Assembly (NCBI GenBank): GCA_964016885.1 | Contig: CAXHJY010000023.1 | Span: 115,713-179,712, forward strand | Origin: Eledone cirrhosa | Lineage: Eukaryota | Length of the DNA: 64,000 nucleotides | Direction of reading: 5' to 3' | Part shown: positions 27,945 through 41,400 of the stretch, in pieces | How positions within the stretch are numbered: position 1 is the first letter of the stretch | Layout: every line of letters starts with the position of its first letter | Notes under the pieces: model-generated | Database searches by the model: none | Seen by the model: only the letters and a program-made list of their open reading frames with translations | What the model was told of the DNA's origin: nothing | Made by a program: the position numbers and the translations under genes

Positions 27945-29330
27945 TCTGATCTCTTTGATTCTGCGCTGGATGTTCGTGTTAAGAGGGGGGCTGAGCTGTC
28001 AACTGATCACCATCTAGTTATCTGAAACTTGAGACTATCTAAAGCCAAAAAAAGACGATAAAGCTGACTGCTCCAGGGCGATTTACTGGATAGGGTGGGA
28101 AGCGTTAGTAGATATGGAAGTCAGGACCGGGTATGCAGATACTATTGCATCCAAATTCAGAGAATTCCTTGATCAGACTGAGTACGTTGAGACAGAATGG
28201 AGATTGTTCATCTCAGCGTTTCTGCTTCAGCTGTTAAATACCGGGGAAGAAATAGGCTTCTTGTGACGCCCTATGGCAGGAGGACCCCTTGGTTCAATCA
28301 AGAGTTCAAAGATGACATCCGAGGAAAGAAAGAGGGGAGGCATATAAGCATGGTTTGGAAATAAGTCCTCATTCTTATACTTGTACACGAAGTATCGCAA
28401 GAAAGAGTGTAAATGCGTCCAAAATGAAGACATGGCAGTGCTTTCGTGTTAAGCTGGAATTCTACTTCAGATCAGCAAATAAAGTGTTCTGGCAGACCAT
28501 CCACCGACTTCGTAATAGGAAGTCCTCCTCCATTCCTGCTATCAGGAACGCGTCTGGGGTTCTCCTCTCTTCAGATAGGTGCATCCTTGCGAAATGGAGT
28601 GAATATATTTCTGATCCACTGAACCCGATCATAACAGCATATTCTGATGTATACGAGGTGCATCTGGGAGCGGTGACCAATCCCTCGAAGGCTGAGGTTA
28701 CAAGAGCAGTTACAGAGCTCAAATGTGGCAAGGCCACTGGGGAAGATGAGATCTGGTCCGAGATGTTAAATGATGGTATTCTCTGGCTTTCTGACATATG
28801 CCTGGTGGCTTGGGTCTCTGGAAAAGCACCTACGCAATAGAAATTGGGAGTGATAATTACTATTTTCAAAAAAAAAATGAGACGAGTAATTTTACCAATT
28901 ACAGAGGGATCCTCTTGTTAAGCCTCCCGGGTAAAGTCTATGCTAAGTGTCTGGCAAAGAGATGCAAGGAAAGTATCGAGTCCAAACTAGCTGATGAACC
29001 GTGCGATGTTCGCCCCCGACGCAATATTCACATTGCGGTAGCTCTTGTGATTATTGTCAAGATGTATATTCTTGTTTTGTAGATCTCGAAATGGTCGTGC
29101 AGGAGTATGGGATCGATGGTCAGCTTCCTGATAGAATGATGTCTCAATCGATTGCCCGAGTATTAGTGTTCGGATACATGGTGCTAAATCAAAACTTTCA
29201 ATGTGGGAGTCGCACTCCGCCAACAGTGAGTTATGTCACCTCTCCCGCTCATTATTTTTATGAATATGATTGACATGCACAGCCAGGTTGTTAGGGTTAC
29301 GACCGGCAGGTGTAAAATCAGTCGGCTGGA
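27945..29330 (+). mobile_element. Decayed RTE-clade (Expander/Rex3-like) LINE: APE C-terminus plus RT N-terminal part
   Basis: KRGAELSTDHHLV, SANKVFWQTIHRLR, GKATGEDEI, NYRGILLLSLPGKVYAKCL, CFVDLE, with stops and frameshifts. Confidence 0.85.
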
Positions 29331-29406
29331 ATTAATTGTAGCCATTGTTACTCATTCCTCACTTTACCGTTAATCTATTATCCCCTCCTCTCATATATAT
29401 ATCGCA

Positions 29407-29493
29407 CCCGAACTACACCGATGTCCTGTAATTCAGCGCCGAAACATCGGTTCGGGACACATTTACAGCTGACGATGGAAAATACTTTTTTCC
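29407..29493 (+). ncRNA. Candidate non-circularly permuted hammerhead-like RNA
   Basis: accgatg TC ctgtaa - ttcagcgcc - GAAA catcggt - ttacag CTGACGA - t ggaaaa..ttttcc hairpin. Confidence 0.55.
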
Positions 29494-29569
29494 TTTCTCC
29501 TCCGCTTCCGTGCTAACCACCATCCTAAACCTTGTTTTTAGTAACCACAGAGCTCCTTTCATTTCATAA

Positions 29570-29612
<43 letters not shown>

Positions 29613-30631
29613 GCAAGTTTGAAGAACAGTTAGATAACTTATGCCCAATACTTCTTCACCCTAGTCCGTAGAAATTAACTAGATAAATAATCATTTAAAT
29701 GGAGCTATAAGTTTAAAATGTACCTTCGAAGAAATAATAGATAAATGATATAGACTATTCCCCGCGACGAACAGTCAGATAAAATTTACCCAGTCTTTCC
29801 TCTTAGCCCGTAGAAATTAACTAGACAAATAATCAATTAAACAGAGCTAAGTTAGAAGAAAAAATGCATATAAACTTTACCAAAATTCCTCTAGTCCAGA
29901 CTATCGATAGTTTCGCTCGTACTGTGGATATGTCCAATCTGGGTATTATCCATGAGGTTTAAAGTTTATCAAGAGACTCCCTCAAGTTTGGACTAACATT
30001 TCTACAGTGATCGCCACCAGAAATTAATTCAAATTGGTTAATAATCATCACGTGGCCAGCGGTCAAAGTAGAAGGTTGTGAATGGTAGGTTGGCTGCTAG
30101 AAAGAGCAGTTAGATACCGCCTAATGTTTACTCTACTGAACGGGGTTATATAATAAATTCATAGGGATATATATATATATCTGTCAACCCTCACCTGATT
30201 ATTTGATCCTGTACCAATGCTAATATTTGTTAACGTCGACAATGTTGCCTATATAGCATGCTTCACTGAATCTACATAAATAATATATTTGGAAAGAAAG
30301 AGAACGGCAAAATGTATATAGATAATGACCATAACAATCACGCACCTAGCGACAACTATGATGTCCACCATAATAGGAATAACAGAAATAGGACTAGACG
30401 TAGAAATAAACAGTGGATAGCTGAGCAAAATAAGTACATAGGACATTCTAAATACTCTAAGAAATCTAGAAAAAACAATATTTATGGTTTAATCCAGATT
30501 ACAGTTACACAATCAACAACAATCTACCCTTTATTTTCTTTAATCTAAGTTAAACACTTCCCAAAGCCACATGAATACCACAAAATGTTCAATAGCAAAT
30601 ACTATTAAACTATCATATTCTACCGCAGCAA

Positions 30632-30666
<35 letters not shown>

Positions 30667-31138
30667 TATGTAAATGTTGCCCATGAATAATATATTTGGA
30701 ATGAAAAAGAACGGCAAAATGTTAAATCTTATTATTTAAGAATGAAATCATTTTTTTACAGTTGTTCCTCTTAAAACACCAACAGCAACAACAACAACAT
30801 CGTAAGGAACAACAGCAACAACAATAAGAACAACAACCAACCTAACGACAGCAAATTGTCAACAACAGCAACAACTACTATCACAACAGCAACAACAACA
30901 GCAACAACAACAGCAACAATGACATCATCATCAACTGTAGGAAAAAAAAACTTACACAACAATGGCAACAACATCAACTGTAACATTCTACAACAAAAGC
31001 ACGTGTATCATATTAAAAATGTATCAAACCTTATAAAATACAGTAAAAGAATACATCTCACCACCCTCTCTAACTCTCTCCATCTCAGCCCCCGTCTCTC
31101 ACTTCCCATCTCAGCCCCCCTCTCTCTCTCTCTCACTC

Positions 31139-31191
<53 letters not shown>

Positions 31192-32089
31192 TGTATATAA
31201 ATACATACATATTGCACGCACACACACATATATATGCGTGTGTGTGTGTGTGTGTGTGTCAGTGAGTGTGTGTGTGTCCATATATGTGTGAATATATATA
31301 TATATATATATATATATACCCCCACTCACATTCTGTTTAGTCTACTCCCCCCCCCCCTTTCTTCTATAACTACCCTTCATTTTCTTTTCTTTCACTTTCA
31401 TTAAAACTATTCTTCTTAACTATCAATCTCTATATCCCTCTCTAGGAATTATTCATCCCCTTCTCTCTCTCTCTGTCACCTTTAATTTCTTTCTATCTCA
31501 CACACTCTCCTTTTCTCCCTCTCCTACATTGACTCCATTCATTTCTCTTCCTCTCTTCATCTTTCTTCCAATTTTTGATTTCTAATATTTATTATTTTAT
31601 TCGTGTTTTCTTTTCCTTTCTATAAAAGATAGTTGGTATTTTAATTATAATTGCATCCATATTAATTAAACTCCATGCAGCTTATGTTGGGGAAATTGTA
31701 TGGACAAATAAGAAGGAAGTGAAAGAATAAAGACAAACAAGTACAAGACAAAGTAGAAAGACAACAGCAGCAAAAACAACGACAACAATAAGAAAAACAC
31801 CAACAATGATAAAACTATAAAACGACAACAACGGAAAAATGAATATTATCTAAATATTATATTTTCTTGTGAGAAAGAAATACTGAAAACATGAGATGAA
31901 ATAAAACGTCTTCAATACATACACATATATATATATGTGTGTGTGAGTGTGTGTCTGGATGTGTGTGTGTATGTATGTATGTGTATGTGCAAATAAACTT
32001 TAATTCTTAAATTCTATTGAAAGTCATGATTGTTAGAATATCTTATTGCTTAAGGGCCGGACATACTGTATTTTTAATCTCTTCTCAAT

Positions 32090-32168
32090 ATATATATATA
32101 TATATGTGTGTATATATGTGTGTATATATGTATATATATGTGTATATATATATGTGTATATATGTATA

Positions 32169-32225
<57 letters not shown>

Positions 32226-32238
32226 GTGTATATATATG

Positions 32239-32269
<31 letters not shown>

Positions 32270-32284
32270 GTATATATATATATG

Positions 32285-32331
<47 letters not shown>

Positions 32332-32834
32332 GTATATATATATATGTATATGTATATATATATATGTATATGTATATGTATATATATATGTATATATAGG
32401 TATATTTATATATATGTATATATATATATATGTGTGTATATATATATGTGTATATATATATATATGTGTATATATATATATATATGTGTATATATATATA
32501 GGTATATTTATATATATATATATAGGTATATTTATATATATATATATATAGGTATATTTATATATATGTATATAGGTATAGTTATATATATGTATATATA
32601 TATATGTACATATATATATGTATATATATATATGTATATATATATATGTATATATATATATGTATATATATATATGTATATATATATATGTATATATATA
32701 TATGTATATATATATATGTATATATATATATATGTACATATATATATATGTACATATATATATGTACATATATATATGTACATATATATATGTACATATA
32801 TATATGTACATATATATATGTATATATATATATG

Positions 32835-32866
<32 letters not shown>

Positions 32867-33569
32867 TGTACATATATATATGTACATATATATATGTACA
32901 TATATATATGTACATATATATATATGTACATATATATATGTACATATATGTATATGTACATATATATATGTACATATATGTATATGTACATATATGTATA
33001 TGTACATATACGTATATGTACATATACATATATATATATATATATACATACACACATATATACATACATATATATACATATATGTACATACATAGATATA
33101 CACACATACATATGTATATATATATAAATACATATTTATACATATATATATTTATACATATATATACATATACATATATATACATATATATACATATATA
33201 TATTTATACATATATATATACATATATATATTTATACATATATATACATATATATATTTATACATATATATACATATATATATTTATACATATATATACA
33301 TATATATATTTATACATATATATATACATATATATATTTATGCATATATATATACATATATATATTTATACATATATATATTTATACATATATATATTTA
33401 TACATATTTATACATATATATACATATATATATTTATACATATATATACATATATATATGTATACATATATATACATATATATATGTATACACATATATA
33501 CATATATATATTTATACATATATATACATATATATATTTATACATGTATATATCTATTTATATATATAT

Positions 33570-33619
<50 letters not shown>

Positions 33620-33630
33620 ACATATAGATA
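32090..33630. repeat. TA-rich microsatellite
   Basis: Low complexity. Confidence 0.95.
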
Positions 33631-33960
33631 TGTATATATATTAAATATCTGACTAGGTGCTGGTGTGTGTTTTGTATTATATCTCATACTGTTTGTTTTA
33701 GATTAGTTTCCGATTAATAAACATCTTGTGTAGCCAGTGTTTGTGTTCGATTACTAAAGTCGATAACAACAACAATCATTCAAACAACAACAACAACAAC
33801 AACACCCCAACAACAACAACAAATACAGCATTCGCAACAAATAAATGACAATAATAATCATTACAAATGATAACAATGTAAAGCTACGACCACATTTCAT
33901 AAAAAACTTGTTTATATATACACATATATATCCATATACTTTTATTTATGTATGTATATT

Positions 33961-33992
<32 letters not shown>

Positions 33993-34404
33993 TATGTATA
34001 TATATATATAAAAAATTATTTATATATACACACACACATTATCTATCTACATACATTCACACATGCATAAAAGAATACATACATTCACACATACATACAA
34101 ACATACATTCATACATTCATACAAACATACATATTTACATATATACATATATACATACATACAAATATTCACACCGACATATAAACATACATACATACAT
34201 TCATACATAAATATATATTTACATATATACATATATACATACATACATACAAACATTCACACCGACATATAAACATACATACATACATTCATACATACAT
34301 ACATATTTACATACATATATACATATATACATATATACATACATTCACACCGACATATAAACATACATACATACATTCATACATTTATACATACATACAT
34401 ATTT

Positions 34405-34436
<32 letters not shown>

Positions 34437-34488
34437 TCACACATACATATAAACATACATACACACATACATACATACATACATATTT

Positions 34489-34521
<33 letters not shown>

Positions 34522-34697
34522 TATACACACATAAATATATACATATATACATAGATACATACATAGATATTTACTTGTTAAAATGATGAAATGACGCTAA
34601 TGTACACTTTGAAAATCTTTCCCTTTTGGCGACTTCTTCAGATGTGAATAAGATAAAAAAAAAAGATAATTTGTTCCGATAGCAGAATCACTTTCAA

Positions 34698-34753
<56 letters not shown>

Positions 34754-34906
34754 CTGTGTGTGTGTACGTATGTGTATATATGGATGTATGTATGTGTGTA
34801 CGTATGAATGTATATACTTAAATGTGAATAAATATATATATGTACGATTGAGTCTATACATCTATCTATGTATGCATACTTGTATATATATATATATGTA
34901 TGTAGG

Positions 34907-34937
<31 letters not shown>

Positions 34938-35057
34938 GCATGTATGTATGTAGATATGAATATATGTCTGTTTGTATGAATGCGGCTATAAATGTATGAT
35001 TGTAAGACTATTTTCCTGCATGTATAATCTATATACTTTCGCTTGAATGTAAATAAT

Positions 35058-35088
<31 letters not shown>

Positions 35089-35092
35089 CCAC

Positions 35093-35160
<68 letters not shown>

Positions 35161-35201
35161 GTGGGTGTGTATATGAGTGTGCGAGTGCTTGGCGCTATAC
35201 G

Positions 35202-35233
<32 letters not shown>

Positions 35234-35237
<4 letters not shown>

Positions 35238-35320
35238 AGGTATATGATTTTTAATGCGATGAAATACCAATGATGGTTGGCAAATCACTGATGAGGGACT
35301 AATTTTATAATATGTAACCC
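35234..35320 (+). ncRNA. Candidate non-circularly permuted hammerhead-like RNA
   Basis: ggta TA tgattt - ttaatgcgat - GAAA tacc - aaatca CTGATGA - ggg...ccc. Confidence 0.52.
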
Positions 35321-35357
35321 ATGTGCAACCACGCAGTATTACTCTTTCTTCCCATGT

Positions 35358-35400
<43 letters not shown>

Positions 35401-35479
35401 GATGTCAGACTTGTGGTTTTTGTGCACTAATCTATATTTCGTCATGCTTGTTTTTCTTATATGTATACACCAATGACTG

Positions 35480-36007
35480 CGTCTGTGTATGCGTGTGTGT
35501 GTCTGTGTGTAAATGTGTGTGTCTCTGTCTGTGTGTGTACATGTGTCTCTATATGTCTGTGTATGTGTGTGTACGTGCGTGTCTGTGTGTGTGTACATGT
35601 GTGTAGTTATGTGTCTGTGTACGTGCATGTACGTGTGTGTGCGTGTAGATGCATGTGTATGTATGTGTCTGTATGTGTGTGTACGTGTGTGTACGTGTGT
35701 GTCTGTGTGTGTCTGTGTGTGTCTGTGTGTACGTGTGTGTGTGTGTGTACATGTGTGTCTGTATGTGTCAGTGTATGTGTGTGTACATGTGTGTCTGTAT
35801 TTGTGTGTACGTGTTTGTCTGTGTGTGTGTGTGTGTGTACGTGTGTCTGCATTTGTTTGTGTACGTGTGTGTACGTGTGTGTGTGTATGTGTGTGTGTAT
35901 GTACATGTGTGTCTGTATGTGTCAGTGTATGTGTTTGTACGTGTGAGTCTGTATTTGTGTGTGTACGTGTATCTGTATATGTCTGTGCATGTCTGTATCT
36001 GTGTGTG

Positions 36008-36073
<66 letters not shown>

Positions 36074-36110
36074 CTATGTATGTGTGTGTATGTGTGTATA
36101 CGTGTCTGTC
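35480..36110. repeat. (GT)n-rich compound microsatellite
   Basis: Low complexity. Confidence 0.93.
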
Positions 36111-36454
36111 TCTTTACGTCTGGGTTCCTTTGTGTTCTGTAGAAGATGATGTTACAACGTCTGTCTATGTTTTCATGAAACACACTTCAAAAATTGCATA
36201 GCAAAGGCGTTGAAAATCTCAAGGAAAAATTCCATTGATACAAAGATTAGAGGATTTCTCTACTTTATTGAAGACTTATCCTTAAGTAAAAGTCTGTTTA
36301 CTTGCTTTCTTCAGTCAGGTTCCTTTTATTTTGTATTTTATATATTCCCTCACGGCTTTTTATTATCTGTCTCGTATGCGAATCTCTTGTTAGGATTCTC
36401 CTCAATAGAAAATAACTACACACATATTTTATATGTTAGAAGTAATATCTATGA

Positions 36455-37235
36455 ATATATATATATGTATATACATATATATATATATATATGTTCATAC
36501 ACACACATATATATTTATATTTATAAATATATATATACATTTATATACATATATATATATACATTTATATATTCATACACACACATATATATTTATAAAT
36601 ATATATATACATTTATATACATATACACACACATATATTTATATTTATAAATATATATCTACATTTATATACATATATATATACAATTATATATTCATAC
36701 ACACATATATTTATATTTATAAATATATATATATACTTTTATATACATATATACATACATATACATATACATATATATACATATACATATATATACATAT
36801 ACATATACATATATATACATATACATATATATACATATATATACATATATATATACATATACATATATATATATACATACATATATATACATATATATAT
36901 ACATATACATATACATATATACATATATATATATACATATATATATATACATATACATACATATATATATACATATACATATATACATATATATATATAC
37001 ATATACATACATATATATATACATATACATATATACATATATATATATATATACATATACATATACATATACATATATATACATATATATACATATACAT
37101 ATACATATACATATATATATATACATATATATACATATATATACATATATATACATATACATATATATACATACATTTATATACATATACATATATATAC
37201 ATTTATATACATATACATATACATATATATATACA
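36455..37235. repeat. (TATACA)n-rich microsatellite
   Basis: Low complexity. Confidence 0.93.
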
Positions 37236-37249
37236 ATGATATTGAAGAA

Positions 37250-37425
37250 ATGGAAACTATATTTATTCTATATATTTCAAGTGTAACAAAAATGGTACGC
37301 TATCATCAGATAAAATACGAAGTGAGTTTTATAAATGTTGACATAACCAAAGATAATATACCTTAACAGATAATTCTATCTGATGATAGCGTACGAAAAT
37401 GTGTTACCCTTGAAATATATATATT
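37250..37425. mobile_element. Fold-back relic with two degenerate hammerhead cores, family C
   Basis: Minus copy ~37263-37316 and plus copy ~37373-37425: tat CTGATGA tagcgtac...gttac.ctt GAAA tatata. Confidence 0.5.
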
Positions 37426-37517
37426 CAGAAAAAATCTTGTTGAGTACTCTGATTCAGTTATAAACATTTATATTTGTTGAATTACCAACAAATTGATTAT
37501 CCCTTCTGCTTATCTTT

Positions 37518-37582
<65 letters not shown>

Positions 37583-38029
37583 CATACATACAATGGTGTA
37601 TATGAAAATCTATAAGATGTGTTTATATAAAATAGACACAGGAGAGCCTTGTATCAATTTTTTTTCAACATTTAATCTGCGAACATGTTCCTGTGGTTGA
37701 TGCGTATCCTATCCGATGTTGTTTGTTAATACTATTTGAAAATAATCCTCTGCAGCGAATGTTCGGTACGCCAAATCTATATAGTCTCTTGGTGGTGTTC
37801 ATTTAAGTACCACTGAAATAAATATTCCTGATGAGATATTAACGAATCTTGAGACATCTGTCTAGCATCCTTACCGGCAACTGGGGTAACTGTAACATGT
37901 TCTGAAGACAAATGAGAAAAACATATTTTCATCACAAAATATTTGTTGTTCACAGCGAGTCTCTCTTGTGTATATATTTTCACATACATATTGTGCACTA
38001 CTTCTCATATATATATATATATATATATA

Positions 38030-38127
38030 TACGGCGTCCCCAAAATTGTAAACACACTTTGATTACCTGTACAGGCAATCATAATTAGAATGCAGTTGAC
38101 GAGGGCATACATCTTTTGGGACACCCT

Positions 38128-38130
<3 letters not shown>
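38030..38130. mobile_element. Tc1/mariner-type MITE relic in (TA)n
   Basis: Imperfect TIRs ggcgtccccaaaattgta / tacatcttttgggacaccct with TA flanks. Confidence 0.45.
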
Positions 38131-38174
<44 letters not shown>

Positions 38175-38458
38175 TGTGTGTGTATATGTAAACGTGTGAG
38201 CGTGTATATATGCGTATCTGTATAATGTATAAAATACTAAACTTATTTAGGAGAAAGTTATTCAAGATTGCCACAGGCCTGGATTAATTAAGGCTACATT
38301 GTATTATTTTGTTACGGGATCTTTAATTCATTGAAACAACAACCATCGTCCGTTGTTTACAGCAATGAAGGAGGGACTGGGATAATTTCAGTGAATGAAA
38401 AAAATTGTTATGTTTTGAATTAATATTGTTGGTGAAAAGGACCCATATATCTTTTCTA

Positions 38459-41400
38459 GGAGGTGGGGACTACGCTGTGTAGACAGGTGTTTTGGCAGGA
38501 GGGCACTACGCTGTGTAGACAGGTGTTTTGGGAGGTGGGGACTACGCTGTGTAGACAGGTGTTTTGGGAGGTGGGCACTACGCTGTGTAGACAGGTGTTT
38601 TGGGAGGTGGGCACTACGCTGTGTAGACAGGTGTTTTGGGAGGTGGGGACTACGCTGTGTAGACAGGTGTTTTGGGAGGTGGGCACTACGCTGTGTAGAC
38701 AGGTGTTTTGGGAGGTGGGGACTACGCTGTGTAGACAGGTGTTTTGGGAGGTGGGCACTACGCTGTGTAGACAGGTGTTTTGGGAGGTGGGCACTACGCT
38801 GTGTAGACAGGTGTTTTGGGAGGTGGGGACTACGCTGTGTAGACAGGTGTTTTGGGAGATGGGGACTACGCTGTGTAGACAGGTGTTTTGGGAGGTGGGC
38901 ACTACGCTGTGTAGACAGGTGTTTTGGGAGGTGGGCACTACGCTGTGTAGACAGGTGTTTTGGGAGGTGGGCACTACGCTGTGTAGACAGGTGTTTTGGG
39001 AGGTGGGCACTACGCTGTGTAGACAGGTGTTTTGGGAGGTGGGGACTACGCTGTGTAGACAGGTGTTTTGGGAGGTGGGCACTACGCTGTGTAGACAGGT
39101 GTTTTGGGAGGTGGGGACTACGCTGTGTAGACAGGTGTTTTGGGAGGTGGGCACTACGCTGTGTAGACAGGTGTTTTGGGAGGTGGGCACTACGCTGTGT
39201 AGACAGGTGTTTTGGGAGGTGGGCACTACGCTGTGTAGACAGGTGTTTTGGGAGGTGGGCACTACGCTGTGTAGACAGGTGTTTTGGGAGGTGGGGACTA
39301 CGCTGTGTAGACAGGTGTTTTGGGAGGTGGGCACTACGCTGTGTAGACAGGTGTTTTGGGAGGTGGGGACTACGCTGTGTAGACAGGTGTTTTGGGAGGT
39401 GGGGACTACGCTGTGTAGACAGGTGTTTTGGGAGGTGGGCACTACGCTGTGTAGACAGGTGTTTTGGGAGGTGGGCACTACGCTGTGTAGACAGGTGTTT
39501 TGGGAGGTGGGCACTACGCTGTGTAGACAGGTGTTTTGGGAGGTGGGGACTACGCTGTGTAGACAGGTGTTTTGGGAGGTGGGGACTACGCTGTGTAGAC
39601 AGGTGTTTTGGGAGGTGGGCACTACGCTGTGTAGACAGGTGTTTTGGCAGGAGGGCACTACGCTGTGTAGACAGGTGTTTTGGGAGGTGGGCACTACGCT
39701 GTGTAGACAGGTGTTTTGGGAGGTGGGCACTACGCTGTGTAGACAGGTGTTTTGGGAGGTGGGGACTACGCTGTGTAGACAGGTGTTTTGGGAGGTGGGC
39801 ACTACGCTGTGTAGACAGGTGTTTTGGGAGGTGGGGACTACGCTGTGTAGACAGGTGTTTTGGGAGGTGGGCACTACGCTGTGTAGACAGGTGTTTTGGC
39901 AGGAGGGCACTACGCTGTGTAGACAGGTGTTTTGGAAGGTGGGCACTACGCTGTGTAGACAGGTGTTTTGGGAGGTGGGGACTACGCTGTGTAGACAGGT
40001 GTTTTGGCAGGAGGGCACTACGCTGTGTAGACAGGTGTTTTGGAAGGTGGGCACTACGCTATGTAGACAGGTGTTTTGGCAGGAGGGCACTACGCTGTGT
40101 AGACAGGTGTTTTGGGAGGTGGGCATTACGCTGTGTAGACAGGTGTTTTGGGAGGTGGGCACTACGCTGTGTAGACAGGTGTTTTGGGAGGTGGGCACTA
40201 CGCTGTGTAGACAGGTGTTTTGGGAGGTGGGCACTACGCTGTGTAGACAGGTGTTTTGGGAGGTGGGCACTACGCTGTGTAGACAGGTGTTTTGGGAGGT
40301 GGGGACTACGCTGTGTAGACAGGTGTTTTGGGAGGTGGGCACTACGCTGTGTAGACAGGTGTTTTGGGAGGTGGGGACTACGCTGTGTAGATAGGTGTTT
40401 TGGGAGGTGAGTATTACGCTGTGTAGACAGGTGTTTTGGGAGGTGGGCACTACGCTGTGTAGACAGGTGTTTTGGGAGGTGGGCACTACGCTGTGTAGAC
40501 AGGTGTTTTGGGAGGTGAGTATTACGCTGTGTAGACAGGTGTTTTGGGAGGTGGGCACTACGCTGTGTAGACAGGTGTTTTGGGAGGTGGGCACTACGCT
40601 GTGTAGACAGGTGTTTTGGGAGGTGAGTATTACGCTGTGTAGACAGGTGTTTTGGGAGGAGGGCATTACGCTGTGTAGATAGGTGTTTTGGGAGGTGGGC
40701 ACTACGCTGTGTAGACAGGTGTTTTGGGAGGTGGGCACTACGCTGTGTAGACAGGTGTTTTGGGAGGTGAGTATTACGCTGTGTAGACAGGTGTTTTGGG
40801 AGGTGGGCACTACGCTGTGTAGACAGGTGTTTTGGGAGGTGGGCACTACGCTGTGTAGACAGGTGTTTTGGGAGGTGAGTATTACGCTGTGTAGACAGGT
40901 GTTTTGGGAGGAGGGCATTACGCTGTGTAGATAGGTGTTTTGGGAGGTGGGCACTACGCTGTGTAGACAGGTGTTTTGGGAGGTGGGCACTACGCTGTGT
41001 AGACAGGTGTTTTGGGAGGTGAGTATTACGCTGTGTAGACAGGTGTTTTGGGAGGTGGGCACTACGCTGTGTAGACAGGTGTTTTGGGAGGTGAGTATTA
41101 CGTTGTGTAGACAGGTGTTTTGGGAGGAGGGCATTACGCTGTGTAGATAGGTGTTTTGGGAGGTGGGCACTACGCTGTGTAGACAGGTGTTTTGGGAGGT
41201 GGGCACTACGCTGTGTAGACAGGTGTTTTGGGAGGTGAGTATTACGCTGTGTAGACAGCTGTTTTGGGAGGTGAGTATTACGCTGTGTAGACAGGTGTTT
41301 TGGGAGGTGAGTATTACGCTGTGTAGACAGGTGTTTTGGGAGGTGAGTATTACGCTGTGTAGACAGGTGTTTTGGGAGGTGGGCACTACGCTGTGTAGAC

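Noticed and set aside
34600-34695. Minus-strand CTGAAGA with nearby GAAA
   Set aside because: No consistent stem I or stem III partner.
37828-37865. CTGATGA...GAGA catctg TC hammerhead-like string
   Set aside because: GAAA is mutated and stem I cannot close.
37875-37901. Possible 27-nt minus-strand micro-exon (tcttcag|...|gtaagg)
   Set aside because: Splice-like signals alone, with no partner exons or homology.
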